Shown here piece after piece: positions 53,046 to 64,000 of a stretch of DNA of 64,000 nt (position 1 is its first letter; each line of letters starts with the position of its first letter). The notes beneath the pieces are model-generated. The model searched no databases. It saw nothing but the letters and a program-made list of their open reading frames with translations, and was not told the DNA's origin. Made by a program: the position numbers and the translations under genes. This stretch comes from Azolla caroliniana (Eukaryota; Plantae; Polypodiophyta): assembly GCA_043228905.1 (NCBI GenBank), contig JBHGNT010000023.1, forward strand, positions 248,001 through 312,000, written 5' to 3'.

Positions 53046-54427
53046 AAACATGCAAATCGAAGCTAACAATACTAGCTACGATATGGAATTAAAAAATCAA
53101 GATTTTGAAACTCAGGTCGAGAGACATGAAGAAATTAGTAAATTAGAGGAGGGAGTTGAGAAGAGCGCGTGAGTAAATTAAAATGTTCATAACTGGATCG
53201 TGTGATATCGGATTTTAGTGTTCAAACATGCGAATCGAAGCTAACAACACTAGCTATGATATGGAATTAAAAAATCAAGATTTTGAAACTCAGGTTGAGA
53301 GACATGAAGAAATTAGTATATTAGAGGAGGGTGTTGATAAGAGCGCGTGAGTAAATTAAAATGTTCATACCTGGCTCGTGTGATCCTAGATTTTTGTGTT
53401 CAAAGATGCCCATCGAAGCTAACAACACTAGGTATAATATGGAATTAAAAAATCAAGATTTTGAAACTTGGGTCGAGAGACATGGAGAAATTAGTAAATT
53501 AGGGGAGGGAGTTGGGAAGAGCGCGTGAGTAAATTAAAATGTTCATACCTGGCTCGTGTGATCCCGGATTTTTGTGTTCAACCATGCGAATCGAAGCTAA
53601 CAACACTAGCTAGGATATGGAATTAAAAAATCAAGATTTCGAAACTCAGGTCGAGAGATATGAAGAAATTAGTAAATTAGAGAAGGGAGTTGAGAAGAGC
53701 GCATGAGTAAATTAAAATGTTCATAGCTAGATCGTGTCATATCAGATTTTAGTGTTCAAACATGCGAATCGAAGCTAACAATACTAGCTACGATATAGAA
53801 TTAAAAAATGAAGATTTTGAAACTTGGGTCGAGAGACATTAAGAAATTAGTAAATTAGAGGAGGGAGCTAAGAAGAGCGCGTCAGTAAATTAAAATGTTC
53901 ATACCGGGCTCGTGTAATCCCGGGATTTTGTGTTCAAAGATGCGAATCGAAGCTAACAACACTAGCTTTAATATGGAATTAAAAAATCAAGATTTTGAAA
54001 CTCAGGTCGAGAGACATGAACAAATTAGTAAATTAGGGGAGGGAGTTGACAAGAGCGCGTGAGTAAATTAAAATGTTCATACCTGGCTCGTGTGATCCCG
54101 GATTTTTGTGTTCAAAGATGCGAATCGAAGCTAACAACAGTAGCTATGATATGGAATTAAAAAATCAAGATTTTGAAACTTGGGTCGAGAGACATGAAGA
54201 AATTAGTAAATTAGAGGAGGGAGTTGAGAAGAGCGCGTGAGTAAATTAAAATGTTCATAGCTGGATCGTGTGATATCGGATTTTAGTGTTCAAACATGCG
54301 AACGAAGCTAACAACACTAGCTATGATATGGAATTAAAAAATCAAGATTTTGAAACTCAGGTCGAGAGACATGAAGAAATTAGTATATTAAAGGAGGGTG
54401 TTGATAAGAGCGCGTGAGTAAATTAAA

Positions 54428-54544
54428 GTTGCTACCCATGGCCGTACCTTTTATTTGTTGGTAAACTACGTCATCGAAAGTGAGATAGTGATATTCTAAA
54501 ATAAGGGCACTAAGCGTATAGATGAGATTTGTTTTCGAAGGGGA
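54428..54544 (-). mobile_element. 117-bp PLE RT fragment, copy 4
   Basis: Same junctions, 1499 bp after copy 3 because of a 1-bp deletion near 54302. Private SNP taagcgtata. Confidence 0.95.
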
Positions 54545-55299
54545 AAACATGCAAATCGAAGCTAACAATACTAGCTACGATATGGAATTAAAAAATCAAG
54601 ATTTTGAAACTCAGGTCGAGAGACATGAAGAAATTAGTAAATTAGAGGAGGGAGTTGAGAAGAGCGCGTGAGTAAATTAAAATGTTCATAGCTGGATCGT
54701 GTGATATCGGATTTTAGTGTTCAAACATGCGAATCGAAGCTAACAACACTAGCTATGATATGGAATTAAAAAATCAAGATTTTGAAACTCAGGTCGAGAG
54801 ACATGAAGAAATTAGTATATTAGAGGAGGGTGTTGATAAGAGCGCGTGAGTAAATTAAAATGTTCATACCTGGCTCGTGTGATCCCGGATTTTTGTGTTC
54901 AAAGATGCCCATCGAAGCTAACAACACTAGCTAGGATATGGAATTAAAAAATCAAGATTTCGAAACTCAGGTCGAGAGATATGAAGAAATTAGTAAATTA
55001 GAGGAGGGAGTTGAGAAGAGCGCATGAGTAAATTAAAATGTTCATAGCTGGATCGTGTGATATCAGATTTTAGTGTTCAAACATGCGAATCGAACCTAAC
55101 AACACTAGCTATGATATGGAATTGAAAAATCAAGATTTTGAAACTCAGGTCGAGAGACATGAAGAAATTAGTATATTAGAGGAGGGTGTTGATAAGAGCG
55201 TGTGAGTAAATTAAAATGTTCACACCTGGCTCGTGTGATCCCGGATTTTTGTGTTCAAAAATGCCCATCGAAGCTAACAACACTAGCTAGGATATGGAA

Positions 55300-58200
55300 T
55301 TAAAAAATCAAGATTTTGAAACTTGGGTCGAGAGACATGAAGAAATTAGTAAATTAGAGGAGGGAGCTAGGAAGAGCGCGTGAGTAAATTAAAATGTTCA
55401 TAGCTGGCTCGTGTGATATCGGATTTTAGTGTTCAAACATGCAAATCGAAGCTAACAATACTAGCTACGATATGGAATTAAAAAATCAAGATTTTGAAAC
55501 TTGGGTCGAGAGACATGAAGAAATTAGTAAATTAGAGGAGGGAGCTAAGAAGAGCGCGTGAGTAAATTAAAATGTTCATACCTGGCTCGTGTAATCCCGG
55601 GATTTTCTGTTCAAAGATGCGAATCGAAGCTAACAACACTAGCTATGATATGGAATTAAAAAATCAAGATTTTGAAACTCAGGTCGAGAGACATGAAGAA
55701 ATTAGTAAATTAGAGGAGGGAGCTAAGAAGAGCGCGTGAGTAAATTAAAATGTTCATACCTGGCTCGTGTGATCCCGGATTTTTGTGTTCAAAGATGCCC
55801 ATCGAAGCTAACAACACTAGCTAGGATATGGAATTAAAAAATCAAGATTTTGAAACTTGGGTCGAGAGACATGAAGAAATTAGTAAATTAGAGGAGGGAG
55901 CTAAGAAGAGCGCGTGAGTAAATTAAAATGTTCATAGCTGGCTCGTGTGATATCGGATTTTAGTGTTCAAACACTAGCTATGATATGAAATGAAAAAAAT
56001 AAAGATTTTGAAACTCAGGTCGAGAGACACGAAGAAATTAGTAAATTAGAGGAGGGTGTTGACAAGAGCGCGTGAGTAAATTAAAATGTTCATACCTAGC
56101 TCGTGTGATATCGGATATTAGTGTTCAAAGATGCCAATCGAAGCTAACAACACTCGCTATGATATGGAATTAAAAAATCGAGATTTCGAAACTTGGGTCG
56201 AGAGACATGGAGAAATTAGTAAATTAGGGGAGGGAGTTGAGTAGAGCGCGTGAGTAAATTAAAATGTTCATACCTGGCTCGTGTGATCCCGGATTTTTGT
56301 GTTCAAAGATGCGAATCGAAGCTAACAACACTAGCTATGATATGAAATTAAAAAATCAAGATTTTGAAACTTGGGTCGAGAGACATGAAGAAATTAGGAA
56401 ATTAGAGGAGGGAGCTAAGAAGAGCGCGTGAGTAAATTAAAATGTTCATACCTGGCTCGTGTGATCCCGGGATTTTGTGTTGAAAGATGTGAATCAAAGC
56501 TAACAACACTAGCTATGATATGGAATTAAAAAATCAAGATTTTGAAACTTAGGTCGAGAGACATGAAGAAATTACTAAATTAGAGGAGGGAGCTAAGAAG
56601 AGCACGTGAGTAAATTAAAATGTTCATACCTGGCTCGTGTAATCCCGGGATTTTGTGTTCAAAGATGCGAATCGAAGCTAACAACACTAGCTATGATATG
56701 GAATTAAAAAATCAAGATTTTGAAACTCAGGTCGAGAGACATGAAGAAATTAGTAAATTAGAGGAGGGAGCTAAGAAGAGCGCGTGAGTAAATTAAAATG
56801 TTCATACCTGGCTCGTGTGATCCCGGATTTTTGTGTTCAAAGATGCCCATCGAAGCTAACAACACTAGCTAGGATATGGAATTAAAAAATCAAGATTTTG
56901 AAACTTGGGTCGAGAGACATGAAGAAATTAGTAAATTAGAGGAGGGAGCTAAGAAGAGCGCGTGAGTAAATTAAAATGTTCATAGCTTGCTCGTGTGATA
57001 TCGGATTTTTGTGTTCAAACATGCGAATCGAAGCTAACAACACTTTCTATGATATGGAATTAAAAAATCAAGATTTCGAAACTTGGGTCGAGAGACATGA
57101 AGAAATTAGTAAATTAGAGGAGGGTGTTGACAAGAGCGCGTGAGTAAATTAAAATGTTCATTCCTGGCTCGTGTGATCCCGGATTTTTGTGTTCAAAGAT
57201 GCGAATCGAAGCTAAGAACACTACGTATTATATGGAATGAAAAAACCAAGATTTTGAAACTTGGGTCGAGAGACATGAAGAAATTAGTAAATTAGAGGAG
57301 GGAGCTAGGAAGAGCGCGTGAGTAAATTAAAATGTTCATAACTGGCTCGTGTGATATCGGATTTTTGTGTTCAAACATGCAAATCGAAGCTAACAATACT
57401 AGCTACGATATGGAATTAAAAAATCAAGATTTTGAGACTTGGGTCGAGAGACATGAAGAAATTAGTAAATTAGAGGAGGGAGCTAAGAAGAGCGCGTGAG
57501 TAAATTAAAATGTTCATACCTGGCTCGTGTAATCCCGGGATTTTGTGTTCAAAGATGCGAATCGAAGCTAACAACACTAGCTACGATATGGAATTAAAAA
57601 ATCAAGATTTTGAAACTCAGGTCGAGAGACATGAAGAAATTAGTAAATTAGAGGAGGGAGCTAAGAAGAGCGCGTGAGTAAATTAAAATGTTCATACCTG
57701 GCTCGTGTGATCCCGGATTTTTGTGTTCAAAGATGCCCATCGAAGCTAACAACACTAGCTAGGATATGGAATTAAAAAATCAAGATTTCGAAACTTGGGT
57801 CGAGAGACATGAAGAAATTAGTAAATTAGAGGAGGGAGCTAAGAAGAGCGCGTGAGTAAATTAAAATGTTCATAGCTGGCTCGTGTGATATCGGATTTTA
57901 GTGTTCAAACACTAGCTATGATATGAAATGAAAAAAATAAAGATTTTGAAACTCAGGTCGAGAGACACGAAGAAATTAGTAAATTAGAGGAGGGTGTTGA
58001 CAAGAGCGCGTGAGTAAATTAAAATGTTCATACCTAGCTCGTGTGATATCGGATATTAGTGTTCAAAGATGCCAATCAAAGCTAACAACACTCGCTATGA
58101 TATGGAATTAAAAAATAGAGATTTCGAAACTTGGGTCGAGAGACATGAAGAAATTAGTAAATTAGGGGAGGGAGTTGAGAAGAGCGCGTGAGTAAATTAA

Positions 58201-61200
58201 AATGTTCATACCTGGCTCGTGTGATCCCGGATTTTTGTGTTCAAAGATGCGAATCGAAGCTAACAACACTAGCTATGATATGGAATTAAAAAATCAAGAT
58301 TTTGAAACTTGGGTCGAGAGACATGAAGAAATTAGGAAATTAGAGGAGGGAGCTAAGAAGAGCGCGTGAGTAAATTACAATGTTCATACCTGGCTCGTGT
58401 AATCCCGGGATTTTGTGTTCAAAGATGTGAATCAAAGCTAACAACACTAGCTATGATATGGAATTAAAAAATCAAGATTTTGAAACTTAGGTCGAGAGAC
58501 ATGAAGAAATTACTAAATTAGAGGAGGGAGCTAAGAAGAGCACGTGAGTAAATTAAAATGTTAATACCTGGCTCGTGTAATCCCGGGATTTTGTGTTCAA
58601 AGATGCGAATCGAAGCTAACAACACTAGCTATGATATGGAATTAAAAAATCAAGATTTTGAAACTCAGGTCGAGAGACATGAAGAAATTAGTAAATTAGA
58701 GGAGGGAGCTAAGAAGAGCGCGTGAGTAAATTAAAATGTTCATACCTGGCTCGTGTGATCCCGGATTTTTGTGTTCAAAGATGCCCATCGAAGCTAACAA
58801 CACTAGCTAGGATATGGAATTAAAAAATCAAGATTTTGAAACTTGGGTCGAGAGACATGAAGAAATTAGTAAATTAGAGGAGGGAGCTAAGAAGAACGCG
58901 TGAGTAAATTAAAATGTTCATAGCTTGCTCGTGTGATATCGGATTTTTGTGTTCAAACATGCGAATCGATGCTAACAACACTTTCTATGATATGGAATTA
59001 AAAAATCGAGATTTCGAAACTTGGGTCGAGAGACATGAAGAAATTAGTAAATTAGAGGAGGGTGTTGACAAGAGCGCGTGAGTAAATTAAAATGTTCATT
59101 CCTGGCTCGTGTGATCCCGGATTTTTGTGTTCAAAGATGCGAATCGAAGCTAAGAACACTACGTATTATATGGAATGAAAAAACCAAGATTTTGAAACTT
59201 GGGTCGAGAGACATGAAGAAATTAGTAAATTAGAGGAGGGAGCTAGGAAGAGCGCGTGAGTAAATTAAAATGTTCATAACTGGCTCGTGTGATATCGGAT
59301 TTTTGTGTTCAAACATGCAAATCGAAGCTAACAATACAAGCTACGATATGGAATTAAAAAATCAAGATTTTGAGACTTGGGTCGAGAGACATGAAGAAAT
59401 TAGTAAATTAGAGGAGGGAGCTAAGAAGAGCGCGTGAGTAAATTAAAATGTTCATACCTGGCTCGTGTAATCCCGGGATTTTGTGTTCAAAGATGCGAAT
59501 CGAAGCTAACAACACTAGCTATGATATGGAATTAAAAAATCAAGATTTTGAAACTCAGGTCGAGAGACATGAAGAAATTAGTAAATTAGAGGAGGGAGCT
59601 AAGAAGAGCGCGTGAGTAAATTAAAATGTTCATACCTGGCTCGTGTGATCCCGGATTTTTGTGTTCAAAGATGCCCATCGAAGCTAACAACACTAGCTAG
59701 GATATGGAATTAAAAAATCAAGATTTTGAAACTTGGGTCGAGAGACATGAAGAAATTAGTAAATTAGAGGAGGGAGCTAAGAAGAGCGCGTGAGTAAATT
59801 AAAATGTTCATACCTGGCTCGTGTGATCCCGGATTTTTGTGTTCAAAGATGCCCATCGAAGCTAACAACACTAGCTAGGATATGGAATTAAAAAATCAAG
59901 ATTTTGAAACTTGGGTCGAGAGACATGAAGAAATTAGTAAATTAGAGGAGGGAGCTAAGAAGAGCGCGTGAGTAAATTAAAATGTTCATAGCTGGCTCGT
60001 GTGATATCGGATTTTAGTGTTCAAACACTAGCTATGATATGAAATGAAAAAAATAAAGATTTTGAAACTCAGGTCGAGAGACACGAAGAAATTAGTAAAT
60101 TAGAGGAGGGTGTTGACAAGAGCGCGTGAGTAAATTAAAATGTTCATACCTAGCTCGTGTGATATCGGATATTAGTGTTCAAAGATGCCAATCGAAGCTA
60201 ACAACACTAGCTATGATATGGAATTAAAAAATCGAGATTTCGAAACTTGGGTCGAGAGATATGAAGAAATTAGTAAATTAGGGGAGGGAGTTGAGAAGAG
60301 CGCGTGAGTAAATTAAAATGTTCATACCTGGCTCGTGTGATCCCGGATTTTTGTGTTCAAAGATGCGAATCGAAGCTAACAACACTAGCTATGATATGGA
60401 ATTAAAAAATCAAGATTTTGAAACTTGGGTCGAGAGACATGAAGAAATTAGGAAATTAGAGGAGGGAGCTAAGAAGAGCGCGTGAGTAAATTAAAATGTT
60501 CATACCTGGCTCGTGTGATCCCGGGATTTTGTGTTCAAAGATGTGAATCAAAGCTAACAACACTAGCTATGATATGGAATTAAAAAATCAAGATTTTGAA
60601 ACTTAGGTCGAGAGACATGAAGAAATTACTAAATTAGAGGAGGGAGCTAAGAAGAGCACGTGAGTAAATTAAAATGTTCATACCTGGCTTGTGTAATCCC
60701 GGGATTTTGTGTTCAAAGATGCGAATCGAAGCTAACAACACTAGCTATGATATGGAATTAAAAAATCAAGATTTTGAAACTCAGGTCGAGAGACATGAAG
60801 AAATTAGTAAATTAGAGGAGGGAGCTAAGAAGAGCGCGTGAGTAAATTAAAATGTTCATACTTGGCTCGTGTGATCCCGGATTTTTGTGTTCAAAGATGC
60901 CCATCGAAGCTAACAACACTAGCTAGGATATGGAGTTAAAAAATCAAGATTTTGAAACTTGGGTCGAGAGACATGAAGAAATTAGTAAATTAGAGGAGGG
61001 AGCTAAGAAGAGCGCGAGAGTAAATTAAAATGTTCATAGCTTGCTCGTGTGATATCGGATTTTTGTGTTCAAACATGCGAATCGAAGCTAAAAACACTTT
61101 CTATGATATGGAATTAAAAAATCGAGATTTCGAAACTTGGGTCGAGAGACATGAAGAAATTAGTAAATTAGAGGAGGGTGTTGACAAGAGCGCGTGAGTA

Positions 61201-61250
61201 AATTAAAATGTTCATTCCTGGCTCGTGTGATCCCGGATTTTTGTGTTCAA
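55300..61250 (+). repeat. 11-monomer HOR (1938 bp) x3, third copy with one extra monomer
   Basis: cactttctat occurs at 57041, 58979 and 61095. Spacings are 1938 = 11x178-20 and 2116 = 1938+178. Each unit carries the 21-bp-deleted monomer (~55970, ~57910, ~60025). Confidence 0.88.
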
Positions 61251-64000
61251 AGATGCGATTCGAAGCTAACAACACTAGCTATGATATGGAATTAAAAAAT
61301 CAAGATTTTGAAACTTGGGTCGAGAGACATGAAGAAATTAGTAAATTAGAGGAGGGAGCTAAGAAGAGCGCGTTAGTAAATTAAAATGTTCATACCTGGC
61401 TCGTGTGATCCCGGGATTTTGTGTTCAAAGATGTGAATCGAAGCTAACAACACTAGCTATGATATGGAATTAAAAAATCAAGATTTTGAAACTCAGGTCG
61501 AGAGACATGAAGAAATTAGTAAATTAGAGGAGGGAGCTAAGAAGAGCGCGTGAGTAAATTAAAATCAAGATTTTGCTGGCTCGTGTGATATCGGATTTTT
61601 GTGTTGAAGCATGTGAATCCAAGCTACCAACACTAGCTAGGATATGGAATTATAAAATCAAGATTTTGAAACTCAGGTCGAGAGACATGAAGAAATTAGT
61701 AAATTAGGGGAGGGAGTTGATAAGAGCGTGTAAGTAAATTAAAATGTTCATACATGGCTCGTGTGATCCCGGGATTTTGTGTTCAAAGATGCGAATCGAA
61801 GCTAACAACACTAGCTGTGATATGGAATTAAAAAATCAAGATTTTGAAAATCAGGTCGAGAGACATGAAGAAGTTAGTAAATCAGAGGAGGGTGTTGACA
61901 AGAGCGCGTGAGTAAATTAAAATGTTCATACCTGGCTCGTGTGATCCCGGATTTTTGTGTTCAAAGATGCCAATCGAAGCTAACAACACTAGCTATGATA
62001 TGGAATTAAAAAATCAAGATTTTGAAACTTGGGTCGAGAGACATGAAGAAATTAGTAAATTAGGGGAGGGAGTTGAGAAGAGCGCGTGAGTAAATTAAAA
62101 TGTTCATAGCTGGCTCGTGTGATATCGGATTTTAGTGTTCAAAGATGCGAATCGAAACTTACAACACGAGCTATGATATGGAATGAAAAAATCAAGATTT
62201 TGAAACTCACGTCGAGAGACATGAAGAAATTAGTAAATTAGAGGAGGGGGTTGAGAAGAGCACGTGAGTAAATTAAAATGTTCATACCTGGCTCGTGTGA
62301 TCCCGGATTTTTATGTTCAAAGATGCGAATCGAAGCTAAGAACACTACGTATTATATGGAATGAAAAAACCAAGATTTTGAAACTTGGGTCGAGAGACAT
62401 GAAGAAATTAGTAAATTAGAGGAGGGAGCTAGGAAGAGCGCGTGAGTAAATTAAAATGTTCATAACTGGCTCGTGTGATATCGGATTTTTGTGTTCAAAC
62501 ATGCAAATCGAAGCTAACAATACTAGCTACGATATGGAATTAAAAAATCAAGATTTTGAGACTTGGGTCGAGAGACATGAAGAAATTAGTAAATTAGAGG
62601 AGGGAGCTAAGAAGAGCGCGTGAGTAAATTAAAATGTTCATACCTGGCTCGTGTAATCCCGGGATTTTGTGTTCAAAGATGCGAATCGAAGCTAACAACA
62701 CTAGCTATGATATGGAATTAAAAAATCAAGATTTTGAAACTCAGGTCGAGAGACATGAAGAAATTAGTAAATTAGAGGAGGGAGCTAAGAAGAGCGCGTG
62801 AGTAAATTAAAATGTTCATACCTGGCTCGTGTGATCCCGGATTTTTGTGTTCAAAGATGCCCATCGAAGCTAACAACACTAGCTAGGATATGGAATTAAA
62901 AAATCAAGATTTTGAAACTTGGGTCGAGAGACATTAAGAAATTAGTAAATTAGAGGAGGGAGCTAGGAAGAGCGCGTGAGTAAATTAAAATGTTCATAGC
63001 TGGCTCGTGTGATATCAGATTTTAGTGTTCAAACAGGCAAATCGAAGCTAACAATACTAGCTACGATATGGAATTAAAAAATCAAGATTTTGAAACTCAG
63101 GTCGAGAGACATGAAGAAATTAGTAAATTAGAGGAGGGTGTTGACAAGAGCGCGTGAGTAAATTAAAACGTTCATACCTGGCTAACAATACTAGCTATGA
63201 TATGGAATTAAAAAATCAAGATTTTGAAACTCAGGTCAAGAGACATGAACAAATTAGTAAATTAGAGGAGGGAGTTGACAAGAGCGCGTGAGTAAATTAA
63301 AATGTTCATACCTGGCTCGTGTGATCCCGGATTTTTGTGTTCAAAGATGCGAATCGAAGCTAACAACAGTAGCTATGATATGGAATTAAAAAATCAAGAT
63401 TTTGAAACTTGGGTCAGGAGACATGAAGAAATTAGTAAATTAGAGGAGGGAGCTAAGAAGAGCGCGTGAGTAAATTAAAATGTTCATAGCTGGCTCGTGT
63501 GATATCGGATTTTAGTGTTCAAACACTAGCTATGATATGAAATGAAAATATAAAGATTTTGAAACTCAGGTCGAGAGACATGAAGAAATTAGTAAATTAG
63601 AGGAGGGTGTTGACAAGAGCGCGTGAGTAAATTAAAATGTTCATAGCTGGCTCGTGTGATATCGGATTTTTGTGTTCAAACATGCGAATCGAAGCTAACA
63701 ACACTAGCTATGATATGGAATTAAAAAATCACGATTTTGAAACTCAGGTCGAGAGACATGAAGAAATTAGTAAATTAGGGGAGGGAGTTGAGAAGAGCGC
63801 GAGAGTAAATTAAAATGTTCATACCTGGCTCGTGTGATGCCGGATTTTTGTGTTCAAAGATGCGAATCGAAGCTAACAACACTAGCTGTGATATGAAATT
63901 AAAAAATCAAGATTTTGAAACTTGGGTCGAGAGACATGAAGAAATTAGTAAATTACATGAGGGAGTTGAGAAGAGCGCGTGAGTAAATTAAAATGTTCAT

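Larger units (their letters stand above)
49500..54920 (+). repeat. Composite 1500-bp HOR: 8 satellite monomers plus 117-bp PLE fragment, about 3.6 copies
   Basis: Periods are 1500, 1500 and 1499. 8x178 + 117 - 41 = 1500, where 41 bp of one monomer is replaced by the fragment. Confidence 0.93.
47478..64000 (+). repeat. 178-bp satellite DNA array (right arm), same family and orientation, interrupted by four 117-bp PLE fragments
   Basis: The satellite resumes at aaacatgcaaatcgaagc (47478) and runs to the window end with the same monomer. Confidence 0.98.

Noticed and set aside
49881-54568. Four identical 62-aa ORFs as a tandem small-gene family
   Set aside because: They are chimeras of satellite, a 117-bp RT fragment and satellite, produced by tandem duplication. 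The two SNPs inside the fragments are synonymous, but two changes are too few to infer selection.
1-64000. Arabidopsis CEN178 or primate alpha satellite identity
   Set aside because: Only the monomer length is similar. I recognise no sequence match and no CENP-B box, so the family is left unnamed.

Overview
The window is eukaryotic tandem-repeat DNA. About 97% is one uninterrupted-orientation array of a 178-bp AT-rich, purine-skewed satellite (roughly 350 monomers, centromere-like), organised into successive higher-order repeats (HORs): 9-mer, 39-mer, 15-mer offset, 16/24-mer, 14-mer and 11-mer. The only non-satellite sequence is a ~1.5-kb 5'-truncated Penelope-like retroelement (PLE) on the minus strand at 45966-47477. 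It carries an open RT C-terminal half with no C-terminal GIY-YIG endonuclease, a 40-bp tandem repeat overlapping the stop codon, GA microsatellites, and a minimal type I hammerhead ribozyme with a palindromic stem III in its 3' region. It sits in the satellite in register and without a target-site duplication. A 117-bp piece of its RT and its 5' junction was later captured into a new composite 1500-bp HOR (8 monomers plus the RT fragment, 4 fragment copies). No host genes, tRNAs, rRNAs or CRISPR arrays are evident. The organism cannot be identified from the sequence.
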